Below, piece after piece: positions 1-8,105 of a DNA stretch of 32,000 nucleotides. The notes under the pieces are model-generated. The model was not told where the DNA came from. It saw only the letters and a program-made list of their open reading frames with translations, and did not search any database. A program made the position numbers and the translations under genes. The number at the start of each line of letters is the position of its first letter. The first letter of the stretch is position 1. This DNA comes from Nitrosopumilus sp. Lineage in GTDB: Archaea > Thermoproteota > Nitrososphaeria > Nitrososphaerales > Nitrosopumilaceae. Location: NCBI RefSeq assembly GCF_029882185.1, contig NZ_JAOULD010000001.1, positions 86,423 to 118,422 of the forward strand. Reading direction: 5' to 3'.

Positions 1-1335
1 CAAGAGGCCTGGGGATTTGCGGTTCCTAACAAGCCTCCTTTTAAAAGAGTGGGATTGGTTTCTCATTCTTCATCTGAATTTAAAAAAATTGCTCAAGAAT
101 ACTCTTCTCCTTGTGTGATTGGACATGTTAGATACTCCACAATGGGTACAAGCACTTTGGAAAATGCACAACCTTTGAAAGTAAAAGACCTATGTATTGC
201 ACACAATGGAACGATTGCCAACGCACAGGAATTATCTAATTTGGTGGGTGGGTGTTCTTTCACTCCTCAAAATGCAAGTGATACTTTGGTTGCAGCTCAA
301 CGACTGGTATCGTTAATTTCTGAAAATGGCCAAATGGGAAAAGCACTTTCTATTTTAAAAAATGAGATGGTTGGTTCTTACTGTTTTACTTTTATTTCTG
401 ATGATCATTCTGTGTTTGCTGCAAGAGATCCTAAAGGATTCCGTCCTATGGTTTTAGGATATAAAGAATCTGATGATACGTATATTGTAACTTCTGAATC
501 TGCTGCGGTTACTGCAGTTGGTGCAAAACTCCAAAGAGATGTTGTTCCTGGAGAGTTGATCAAACTAAGTAAAAATGGCATAGAAACTGAAATATTTTCA
601 GATGATCCTTCTCGTGCGCATTGTTCTTTTGAATTCACATATTTTGCACACCCTTCCAGCAACATGGAAGGACATAACATTTACCTTTCAAGAAAAAAAA
701 TAGGGCAATTTATGGCAAAAAAATTCCATATCGAAGATGCCGATTTAGTAATTCCAGTACCTGATTCTGCAAGACCTGCTGCATTAGGATATGCACAAGA
801 ACTTGGGGTGTCTTTTGATGAAGGATTATTAAAAGACAGATACAGTAAGAAAGGTCCGTTACGAAGTTTCATTGAACCTCATCAAAGTGACAGAGTAGAA
901 ATTAATCGCTGGATAATTCCAATTAGTGAAATAATCAAAGATAAACATGTGGTAGTAATCGATGACAGCTTGGTACGAGGTACAAGTTCTAAAGCAATTA
1001 TCAAGGCTCTACGTCGTGCAGGTGCTAAAAAGATAAGCATGTTGATAACATATCCTCAAATCAACTATCCTTGTTATGCTGGAATTGACTTTCCTTCACA
1101 AGAAGAACTTGCCACGTTTACTGATGGAAAACACATGTCTGGTGATGAAATCACTGAAATGGTGAGACAAAATATTGGTGTTGACTTTTTAGGATATAAT
1201 GATGCTGAAAATCTAGCAAATGCAGTTGGGATGCCAAAAGATTCAATGTGCTTTACATGTTCATCTGGAAATTATGATTCATTGGGAATAAAACCTGATT
1301 TTACTAAACGTGAGCAAATAAAAGCTAAAATTTAG
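1..1335 (+). CDS. purF: Amidophosphoribosyltransferase (glutamine-PRPP amidotransferase), 5'-truncated by window edge
   Basis: Frame 1 is open from base 1 (QEAWGFAVPNKPPFKRV precedes the listed start at 49). Class-II amidotransferase motifs are present (IGHVRYSTMG, AHNGTIANAQEL, FAARDPKGFRPMVLG), followed by the PRTase motif VVVIDDSLVRGTSSK. Confidence 0.9.
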   Translation, partial: QEAWGFAVPNKPPFKRVGLVSHSSSEFKKIAQEYSSPCVIGHVRYSTMGTSTLENAQPLKVKDLCIAHNGTIANAQELSNLVGGCSFTPQNASDTLVAAQRLVSLISENGQMGKALSILKNEMVGSYCFTFISDDHSVFAARDPKGFRPMVLGYKESDDTYIVTSESAAVTAVGAKLQRDVVPGELIKLSKNGIETEIFSDDPSRAHCSFEFTYFAHPSSNMEGHNIYLSRKKIGQFMAKKFHIEDADLVIPVPDSARPAALGYAQELGVSFDEGLLKDRYSKKGPLRSFIEPHQSDRVEINRWIIPISEIIKDKHVVVIDDSLVRGTSSKAIIKALRRAGAKKISMLITYPQINYPCYAGIDFPSQEELATFTDGKHMSGDEITEMVRQNIGVDFLGYNDAENLANAVGMPKDSMCFTCSSGNYDSLGIKPDFTKREQIKAKI

Positions 1336-1385
1336 AATCTCTTTTTGGAGATTTAATTAAATATAGTTTACAATGCATTCTATCT

Positions 1386-1664
1386 ATGCAGGCAATCTGG
1401 AATGATGTAATAATTGCAGAAAGTGATGACACTGTTGAAGTTGAAGGGAATCATTATTTTCCATTTGATTCAATTAAACGGGAATATTTCAAAAAAACTG
1501 ATTTGACTACGTTCTGTGGCTGGAAAGGCATGGCTAATTATTATTCAGTTGAGATCAATGGAAAAACAAACAAAGATTGTGCCTGGTACTATGCTGAACC
1601 AAATGATGCAGCTTATAAAATCAAAGGAATGGTTGCATTTTGGAATGGTGTTAAAGTAAAATAA
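1386..1664 (+). CDS. DUF427 domain protein
   Basis: 92 aa. The pattern NDVIIAESDDTVEVEGNHYFP...TFCGWKGMANYYSV...CAWYYAEP...VAFW matches my recollection of the DUF427 family. Confidence 0.75.
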   Translation: MQAIWNDVIIAESDDTVEVEGNHYFPFDSIKREYFKKTDLTTFCGWKGMANYYSVEINGKTNKDCAWYYAEPNDAAYKIKGMVAFWNGVKVK

Positions 1665-1924
1665 TCTAAATTAAAAAATCCTTTTTTATAATGTTGATTT
1701 TTCATAACTAAATTATGCCTATTTGTCTTGTCGAGAAATCAATGCAAAAAATATTTACACGAATGTACTTTTAAACCCTCAGAAGAATAAAAACTAGAAT
1801 CACGTACTAGAAAACCTTTCTTACAATTTCTACATTTTCTTATGTCTTACAATAATAATATTAGTAATTGGATATTGTCCTCATTTAGATGATGATATAT
1901 TTTATTCATGAATTTTTATTGATA

Positions 1925-2116
1925 TCAATTTTCATCAATTTTCTTGTTGTGTTCATCCACTTCTAGGTCATATTCATCAATTTTCCTGTTCTCTTCATCT
2001 TCAAAAAGTTCAGGATTTTCTTCTTGGGCTTTTTTCATAAGTTTTTTGAATGTGTCAGGATCATCTTTTTGTAGTTCTAAGAGCACTTTTCCTATTGATT
2101 CGTCTAGATTACTCAT
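1925..2116 (-). CDS. Small acidic hypothetical protein (63 aa)
   Basis: E/D/K-rich, helix-like sequence. The overlapping plus-strand ORF (1944..2183) is S/F-rich low complexity, typical of an antisense shadow, so I prefer the minus strand. No family recognised. Confidence 0.45.
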   Translation of the reverse strand: MSNLDESIGKVLLELQKDDPDTFKKLMKKAQEENPELFEDEENRKIDEYDLEVDEHNKKIDEN

Positions 2117-2200
2117 GCTGTATTTTACCTTTAAACTCGTATATTTCTTATCAGATATACTACTAGCAGTTAAATTCTATTAAAAATTAAGCATAATTGT

Positions 2201-3025
2201 TTGAAGTTTCTTACAAGTGGTAAAGTAAAGGATCTTTATGATGTGGATGAATCCAGTATTCTGTTCAAATTTTCTGATAGGGTATCTGCATATGATGTAA
2301 AATTCAAACAAGATATTCCAAGAAAGGGTGAGGTTTTATGCAAATTCGCAGAATTCTGGTTCAATGAGTTGCCTATACCAAACCATTTCATCAGACGAGA
2401 ATCAGACACCGAAATTCTTGTAAAAAAGATGGATATGCTTCCAATAGAATGTGTGGTCCGAGGCTATTTTTATGGCAGTTTAGTTAGTAGGTGGAAAAAA
2501 GGTAAGATTGTACTTCCTAAAGGCACTAACACCACTTTAGCTGCAAAACTTCTTGAACCGATATTTGATCCTACGACAAAATCACAACATGATGTTCCAA
2601 TTAATAAAATAAAAGCATTGCAAATGAACTTGGTTACTGAAGAACAATACTGCTGGTTAGAAAAAACATCTATCGAAATTTACAGAAAAATGGCAAAGAT
2701 TGCAGACAAAGCAGGATTCATTTTAGCTGATTTGAAATTGGAATTTGGATTATTGGATGGTAAAATCACACTGGGTGATTCTATTGGCCCTGATGAATAT
2801 AGATTATGGCCTAAAGATTCTTTTGAAGTTGGGAAAATACAAGAAGCATATGACAAACAACTGCTACGTGATTGGTTGACTGCAAATGGATATCAAAAAC
2901 ATTTTGATGAACAACGTGATGCTGGCAAAGAACCAACTGCCCCCAACATTCCACAAGAAATCATATCCAAGATGACTCAACGCTATGTTATAGCATATGA
3001 GAAATTGACTGGACATTCACTGTAA
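2201..3025 (+). CDS. purC: Phosphoribosylaminoimidazole-succinocarboxamide (SAICAR) synthase
   Basis: 274 aa with a TTG start. The N-terminus GKVKDLYDV...[11 protein letters not shown] and the later LADLKLEFG motif are typical of PurC. Confidence 0.9.
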   Translation: MKFLTSGKVKDLYDVDESSILFKFSDRVSAYDVKFKQDIPRKGEVLCKFAEFWFNELPIPNHFIRRESDTEILVKKMDMLPIECVVRGYFYGSLVSRWKKGKIVLPKGTNTTLAAKLLEPIFDPTTKSQHDVPINKIKALQMNLVTEEQYCWLEKTSIEIYRKMAKIADKAGFILADLKLEFGLLDGKITLGDSIGPDEYRLWPKDSFEVGKIQEAYDKQLLRDWLTANGYQKHFDEQRDAGKEPTAPNIPQEIISKMTQRYVIAYEKLTGHSL

Positions 3026-3194
3026 TTATATCACCTGTTATTATTGACTAAAAGTCAACCTTCAACTCAAATTTGATTTTCAATCATATCTGAAATGCCG
3101 TCTTGGAAGGTGATGTGGTGACATTGTTTTCCTGATTTGCCTTTTTTCATATTTTTTAAAATTTTTGAAACCGTTACAATAATTTCTTAACCTA

Positions 3195-3282
3195 TACTAT
3201 AATTATTATAGTGCTACCAATAATATTGGATATGCTACTATAATTATTATAATAGTAATCTAAAATATTGTACCGGTACAAT
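3195..3282. promoter_or_regulatory. Candidate operator region upstream of the ArsR-type gene: 16-bp direct repeat x2 plus a 16-bp perfect palindrome
   Basis: TACTATAATTATTATA occurs at 3195-3210 and 3236-3251. The perfect palindrome ATTGTACCGGTACAAT lies at 3267-3282, 88 bp upstream of the start at 3370. Confidence 0.35.
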
Positions 3283-3369
3283 GATTGTTAAAGTAAACAA
3301 AAATTGATGCGATTAGACAAAAAAATATGATACAAGGATCTTTTAGATCGGTTTGAAAGGTAATCCTAT

Positions 3370-3873
3370 ATGTCAACTCTACTAGAAAAACAAATCAAAG
3401 TTAATCGTATCGTTACAACTAGCCCTGAACATGCACGTGCAATTGAAGACCCTGCACGAGCAAAAATTGTGGAAATTCTATATCATCAAGCATTATCTGC
3501 TGATCAGATTTCAACTGCTCTAAAAAAGACCGGATATAAAAAAGCATTAACCACTGTACGTCATCATTTAGAAATTCTAAAAACATCTGGATTAATTGAA
3601 ATTGCAAGGATTGAAGAGTCTCGTGGAGCTATAACAAAATTCTATAGTACTTCCACCAAATTGTTGGATTTTCAGACCCCTGAAGATTTTGATTCAACAT
3701 ACTCAAAAATCATCAACAATACGTCTGAAAAAATTGAAAAAATACTCAAGGGATTGACTCCAAAGACAACAAAATCCAAAGGTAAGAAATCAGAAGAATA
3801 TTCACAATACTTGGTAATGGAGATCATGAATAGAGCAGTAACAAATGTTCTTGAAAAATCAAACAAAAAATAA
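3370..3873 (+). CDS. ArsR/SmtB-like winged-helix transcriptional regulator with Lys-rich C-terminal half
   Basis: 167 aa. The stretch ARAIEDPARAKIVEILYHQALSADQISTALKK...TVRHHLEILKTSGLIEI is an ArsR-type HTH signature. Confidence 0.8.
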   Translation: MSTLLEKQIKVNRIVTTSPEHARAIEDPARAKIVEILYHQALSADQISTALKKTGYKKALTTVRHHLEILKTSGLIEIARIEESRGAITKFYSTSTKLLDFQTPEDFDSTYSKIINNTSEKIEKILKGLTPKTTKSKGKKSEEYSQYLVMEIMNRAVTNVLEKSNKK

Positions 3874-3951
3874 TCTTGAAATTAAACTTACTGTAGTTTG
3901 ATACTGATCAGAAATTACTTTGTAATTTATTTTACAAGTTGCAAAAAAGAG

Positions 3952-3972
3952 AGCAAAAATTTTTTTTTTGCT
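3952..3972 (+). terminator. Oligo-T tract (T10) with flanking AGCAAAAA/TTTTTGCT complementarity, downstream of the ArsR-type gene
   Basis: A T10 run lies at 3960-3969. Archaeal RNA polymerase terminates at oligo-T tracts (established knowledge). Assignment to this gene is inference. Confidence 0.35.
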
Positions 3973-4019
3973 TTATGTTTTCCAAAACTATTATCTATTG
4001 TATAAAGTAATGAAAACTA

Positions 4020-4427
4020 ATGAATGCTAAAGTTATAAAGTTATTTTCAGAAAAAAATTTGGTCTTTGTTGCAACCGTCATGAAAGATGGAGCACCTCAG
4101 GTTTCTCCTGTATGGGCAAGTTATGAGGATGGGTATGTTCTTGTGAATACTGCTGAAGGAAGAATAAAACACAAAAATGTTCTACGTGATTCTAGAGTTG
4201 CAGTGTCTGTTGTATCCAAAGATAATCCTCTTGACATGACAACAATTCGTGGAACTGTGGAAGAATTAATTCCAGATTATGATTACAAACATGCAGACAA
4301 ATTAACACAGCAATACATGGGACGAAAACATTATCCTTTCAAACGTGATGATGAAAAAAGAATTATCTTGAAAATAAAACCAATCAAAGTTTTTGTTTTA
4401 CCTGAATTAAAAATGTCAGAGTATTAA
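4020..4427 (+). CDS. Pyridoxamine 5'-phosphate oxidase (PPOX)-family flavin/F420-binding protein
   Basis: 135 aa. The stretch VATVMKDGAPQVSPVWASYEDGYVLVNTAEGRIKHKNVLRDSRVAVSVV is the split-barrel PPOX-like pattern. Confidence 0.75.
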   Translation: MNAKVIKLFSEKNLVFVATVMKDGAPQVSPVWASYEDGYVLVNTAEGRIKHKNVLRDSRVAVSVVSKDNPLDMTTIRGTVEELIPDYDYKHADKLTQQYMGRKHYPFKRDDEKRIILKIKPIKVFVLPELKMSEY

Positions 4428-4433
4428 TTTAGA

Positions 4434-4461
4434 ATATTTCTAAATTCGAATTTAGAAATAT
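4434..4461. repeat. Palindromic repeat copy 1 (28-bp perfect palindrome ATATTTCTAAATTCGAATTTAGAAATAT)
   Basis: Perfect dyad centred on TTCGAA. It is preceded by a third arm, AATTTAGAAT (4426-4435). It sits between the convergent 3' ends of the 4020..4427(+) and 4506..4841(-) genes. Confidence 0.9.
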
Positions 4462-4505
4462 AATACATTCAGTAGGAGAAATATAAAAAAGATAGCATAG
4501 ACAGC

Positions 4506-4841
4506 TTAACGTCGACGTTTAACTGCCTTTCTCTTTGGAGCTGCTTTTCGTTTAGCTGCAGTTTTTCTCTGTGGAGCTGCTTTTCGTTTAGCTGCAGTTT
4601 TTCTCTTTGGAGCTGCTTTTCGTTTAGCTGCAGTTTTTCTCTTTGGAGCTGCTTTTCGTTTAGCTGCAGTTTTTCTCTTTGGAGCTGCATTTACTGCATT
4701 CTTCCTTCGAGTTGCTGCTGCTTTTCTTTTACGTGCTGCTGCGGCTTTTAATGCTTCAGCTGCTGCTTTAACAGCATTTCTCTTTCGAGTTCTTGCGGCT
4801 TTTTTAGCTGCTTCGGCTCTTTTGGCTTTAGATACTACCAT
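4506..4841 (-). CDS. Polycationic Lys/Ala/Arg-rich repeat protein (histone H1 C-terminal-like composition)
   Basis: The ORF track starts at a TTG (4853). An in-frame ATG at 4841 gives MVVSKAKRAEAAKK... (111 aa). The C-terminal half is about 4 tandem copies of the 12-aa unit KRKTAAKRKAAP. I see no hydrophobic core. Confidence 0.6.
   Translation of the reverse strand: MVVSKAKRAEAAKKAARTRKRNAVKAAAEALKAAAARKRKAAATRRKNAVNAAPKRKTAAKRKAAPKRKTAAKRKAAPKRKTAAKRKAAPQRKTAAKRKAAPKRKAVKRRR
4537..4689. repeat. 36-bp tandem repeat, about 4.25 near-identical copies (coding)
   Basis: Units GGAGCTGCTTTTCGTTTAGCTGCAGTTTTTCTCTTT start at 4537, 4573, 4609 and 4645, with a partial unit at 4681. I saw one substitution (4571). 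The 36-bp period keeps the reading frame. Confidence 0.9.
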
Positions 4842-5019
4842 ACATTTTTGCAAAAATCATCTATGTTATATGGTTAAAGTCATACATTACTATGCTGTAT
4901 ATAGAAAAATTTGACAAATTTTTTGTTTTTTTTGAATTTTACGATCAGCAATTTGTAATACAAATCAAAGCTGTATCTACAGTTGATTGATCTTTTTGTG
5001 GGCGAATAATTATTTTGTA

Positions 5020-5435
5020 TTATTTTTCTTTATCAAATGGAATATCAAACTGTGTTGTTTTCTCAATTGCTTGATCGGATTCTAACCCTTCTAAAAGTAA
5101 GTCTTTTGATGAAAATTCACCATATACTGCTTCATGTTTTTGTCCTTTTTCATCAACAATGTACAATTATCCTCCTGAAAAGAGTGTTTTTTCATCCCCA
5201 ATGTTTTTTGCAATGATTCCAATCATTACAAACGTGTTTTCTGGTGAAACATCTTTACTGCTTCATGTGTTCCTTCAAAAATCACGATGTATTCAATAGG
5301 TCCAACAATAATTTTTTCTCCAACTGCTGACTCTATGAAATTAGTTGTATATTGTGTATGCATTATCATTGCAAGTTCCCCATTGAAGATATAATTGCAC
5401 CAATCACAATTACTACTAATCCTGCCATGAATCAT
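5020..5435 (-). pseudogene. Possible disrupted thioredoxin-fold (redoxin/TlpA-like) gene
   Basis: Three collinear minus-strand fragments. The first is 5435-5226 (69 aa, contains CDWC). The second is 5226-5167 (19 aa), offset by 1 nt at a TAATG junction. The third is 5166-5020 (48 aa), in frame after a TAA at 5167-5169. The last part, LYIVDEKGQKHEAVYGEFSSKDLLLEGL, resembles the C-terminal strand-helix of redoxins. Family assignment is weak. Confidence 0.3.
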
Positions 5436-5606
5436 CTAAAATTTTTTGGTATATGCTTGAAACGCCCTTTTTTTGGGTTTATTTGATCGGAACACTTTGG
5501 TTTTTGAGTTAATCTTTGTTGTTTTTCTAAAAATTAAACAAATAACGTTTACATAACTTTATACTTTTCAGATATTCTTTTATTGTATTGTTTGGGATTT
5601 GTACCA

Positions 5607-6205
5607 ATGAATACAAAAACAATCTTGGGAATTTCTATTGCTGCCGTCTTTGCCATTACTATGACAATGACTTCTGCAATGGCAGACATTCCAGGTTCTT
5701 TAACGGTGACTAGTGCAGGACAAAATGAAGGCACTTTCTTTATGGATTTAGTAGATCCTGTCAAAGAATTTAATTCTAAAAAAGCACCTGATTTAGTAAC
5801 ATTTTGGGATGGTCAATCCCAACAAAGGGTAATGGTGAAACATTAAGAGTTGCTGCAATTACATTGCATCATAACATTAATGATCAAGCCGCATTTGATC
5901 CAATATTTTGTCCTGATGACAAAAGCCCTCAATGTAAATCCATAAAATCTAGTCCGGTTCAAAGTTTCCATCCTCACTATGCTGAATTTACAGCATTGAA
6001 TGTTATTGATGGAACTACACAACTATGTGTTACAAACTTGGAAAGTCCAAAACTTGACTTTAGAGTACATAATCAAGAAACAATCACTCTTGAAGATGAA
6101 TCCAATACTCATACAGGATTTTATGCAACAGGAACTATTGGTGCAATTGAAGGTTGCCCAGTTGGTTTAGGAATTACGTCTGTAGTTTCTACAAACTTAT
6201 CCTAG
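5607..6205 (+). pseudogene. Secreted Cys-containing protein split by a 1-nt frame offset (frameshifted gene or sequencing error)
   Basis: The ATG at 5607 gives the signal-peptide-like N-terminus MNTKTILGISIAAVFAITMTMTSAMA, and this frame stops at 5844-5846. The continuing 133-aa ORF (5804..6205) is in the -1 frame, overlaps by about 40 nt and has no ATG of its own. Confidence 0.5.
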
Positions 6206-6240
6206 AACTTCATATTTTCTTTATTTTTTTACTAATTTAG

Positions 6241-6425
6241 AGGGGTTTAGCTTTTACGCATAACTCTAAAAGATCATACGTGTTTAGCTGGGGTACCTTG
6301 GTGGAATTAGGGTTGGATGTTGTATCTAGGCACAAGTGTTCAACCCCCCACTAAAACGCCTAATTTTGAAAATTTTACATTATGACTAAACTATGTATTT
6401 TTCAGGGGGGGTTTAACGCCTAGGC
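6241..6425. other. Locally GC-enriched intergenic segment with G/C-runs and internal repeats (candidate structured RNA or relic)
   Basis: AACCCCCC (6342-6349) is complementary to GGGGGGTT (6406-6413). AACGCCTA recurs at 6355-6362 and 6415-6422. GTTTAGCT recurs at 6245-6252 and 6282-6289. There is no ORF here. Confidence 0.3.
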
Positions 6426-7280
6426 TTGATTTTATAAAAATAGTTATTTTACATAGTTTTCTGAAATCATGGTAATTCCTTCTAAAATTTGTGAAAAAAT
6501 AGATGTAAACAATCTAAATTGATCAAATACATTATTAGTTGATTCAAATGATTCGTTGATTGCTGTCTCGCTAATCTGGAAAGGATGTTTTTATCATGTT
6601 TTATTTTGATTAAATTTTGATTTTACTGGTTACTTGTGCATTTGGACACATATTTGAGATGAAATAAGGGGGAGTTTTAGAAGAAATATTTGCACAAAAC
6701 CTCTTTTATGGTTTTTATGATTTGAGAATCCTATACATCTATTTTTACTGTGATATGCTATGATGTTGGTAAAATAATGATGTGTCCTAAAATTGCACAT
6801 TTTAGGAGTCATTTCAATTCTTTCTGGACTGTTTTTACAATATAGTGCACTGCCAAGGCAATCCCTATCATTTTGAACAAATTACTCATTTGATTGGACC
6901 TCCATACTCTCATAGGTTTCAAGAATCTCGTCTATCATATTGAGAATGTTCAATTCTGAATTGCCTCCCACTTCATAGTCGTATTTTCAAGTTGTATTTT
7001 GCTGACATTGATGCTTACATTGATCTCAAAATTTTTTGTTGCATGTCTGAACAAAACGTTGAAAGCATTCATTTTATGAACACCACCAATGTTGCAATAA
7101 CTGTCAAAACAAAAACCTTGTTCTTTGAAGCCTTGAATTTGAGAATTAGGCCTTCTTTGAAACCTGTTTTTGGTTTACATGTTGTTGTGTATTTTGTTGT
7201 AAATCTTGTTGTTTTCATATTGTTTGATGGCAAATTTATAATAAAAAAGCCGCGTAGAACTGATAAATCGTCTATTTTTT

Positions 7281-7730
7281 CTAAAACGTTTTCAACAAAA
7301 ATCTTGCTGTTTTATCATATTTTTCAGAAACACTATCTATAGCTTCAAGCATTGTTTGTTGATTGATGTTTTCTTTGTCATCCAGAACCACATAAACTCC
7401 GACTTTTTGTTTTCCATCTTCTGTGATGAATTTGTTTATTGCCTGTATTGAATAACAAAAATCTGATACTTTTTTCTCAAATTTTTCTTTTTCTTCAGGA
7501 CTAAATCCCAAATATCTTGCAATTTGATTATTCTTCATTACCACTTTAGATCCTATTACCAGAATCCCTGCCTGTCCTTTTGGCTCAAACACTTCTACTG
7601 GAATTCCGTACTGCCCTGCGTGTTTAACAAGAATTTGAAAGTTATTTTCAGGATTTTTCACTTCTTCAAAAGCCAATCCTTCATGAATTACCCATCTCTC
7701 AACATTATCTCGCATTCTAGATACACTCAT
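7281..7730 (-). CDS. Conserved archaeal hypothetical protein (resembles DUF2299/YbjN-like family)
   Basis: 149 aa with ordinary globular composition. The family call comes from recollection of about 150-aa archaeal DUF2299 proteins and is not verified. Confidence 0.7.
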   Translation of the reverse strand: MSVSRMRDNVERWVIHEGLAFEEVKNPENNFQILVKHAGQYGIPVEVFEPKGQAGILVIGSKVVMKNNQIARYLGFSPEEKEKFEKKVSDFCYSIQAINKFITEDGKQKVGVYVVLDDKENINQQTMLEAIDSVSEKYDKTARFLLKTF

Positions 7731-7794
7731 AAAAAATATCTAAAACTAGTTCTATATGATTCTAAATCTAATGATTACATGAATAAATTTAGAA

Positions 7795-7820
7795 TATTTC
7801 TAAATTCGAGTTTAGAAATA
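7795..7820. repeat. Palindromic repeat copy 2 (A-to-G variant: ...AAATTCGAGTTTAGAAATA)
   Basis: Shares 37 bp (AATTTAGAATATTTCTAAATTCGARTTTAGAAATA) with copy 1, including the extra left arm. There is one dyad mismatch (T7805/G7810). It lies 65-90 bp upstream of the start at 7730. Confidence 0.85.
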
Positions 7821-7856
7821 ATGATTATCTGTACATGAAAAACAAGAAAACTACCG

Positions 7857-8084
7857 TTAAATATTCACATTGAAACCTGAATCTAATCCTGGAATGGATG
7901 CTGCAATCAAGACGTTCAATATGATTCCGAAGATCATAAACGCAATTCCTAGGTACAAACAATTTCTTGCTTTGCGAGGATCATCTTGACGTAAAACAAA
8001 GAATGCGATAATTCCTCCAATTATTCCTAAAAATATTGGCAACAAAAACCATACATTACTTCTTAATTTTTCCGGATAAGTCAT
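7857..8084 (-). CDS. Small membrane protein, two predicted TM helices (75 aa)
   Basis: Two hydrophobic stretches, VWFLLPIFLGIIGGIIAFFVL and LYLGIAFMIFGIILNVLIAASI, are separated by a charged loop (RQDDPRKARN). Confidence 0.65.
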   Translation of the reverse strand: MTYPEKLRSNVWFLLPIFLGIIGGIIAFFVLRQDDPRKARNCLYLGIAFMIFGIILNVLIAASIPGLDSGFNVNI

Positions 8085-8105
8085 AGTTGCACCCTTATTT
8101 TGCCA

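Noticed and set aside
1881-1925. GATGATGA and similar words (also near 9105-9120) checked as C/D-box sRNA C boxes.
   Set aside because: There is no appropriately spaced CUGA D box and no terminal stem, so no C/D-box sRNA could be supported.
1944-2183. 79-aa plus-strand ORF overlapping the acidic 63-aa minus-strand ORF.
   Set aside because: The Ser/Phe-rich low-complexity translation is what the antisense of an E/K/D-rich gene produces. I prefer the minus-strand ORF, though with modest confidence.
4537-4689. Regular 36-bp repeats considered as a CRISPR array.
   Set aside because: The repeats are directly abutting with no spacers. They are in-frame within an ORF, and no cas genes are present.
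4469-4690. 73-aa ORF with a striking QLQREKLQLNEK repeat.
   Set aside because: It is another reading frame on the same (minus) strand of the same 36-bp tandem repeat. It has no independent start context. The Lys/Ala/Arg frame (4506..4841) is longer and extends well beyond the repeat.
5824-5829. A3G3 in the ORF overlap as a programmed -1 frameshift site.
   Set aside because: In the upstream frame the codons are CAA AGG GTA, so the slippery X XXY YYZ register is not satisfied, and I saw no obvious downstream stimulatory structure. A mutational or sequencing indel is more parsimonious.
6287-6352. tRNA-like look of GCTGGGGTACCTTGGTGGAATTAGGG...GTGTTCAACCCCCCAC (possible tRNA or tRNA fragment marking an att site).
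   Set aside because: I could not build a consistent cloverleaf on either strand. The acceptor halves mismatch at 2 of 7 positions, there is no U33, and no 5-bp T stem forms around TTCAACC.
6992-7342. 116-aa plus-strand ORF.
   Set aside because: It has an implausible F/V/I/K-rich composition, overlaps the 3' end of the well-formed minus-strand gene 7281..7730, and lies in a region that looks like eroded sequence.
7770-7827. 8-bp direct repeat AATGATTA flanking palindrome copy 2 (7770-7777 and 7820-7827), considered as a target-site duplication of a MITE.
   Set aside because: Copies 1 and 3 have no comparable flanking duplication. The right-hand AATGATTA also overlaps the element's own arm, so the evidence for transposition is insufficient.
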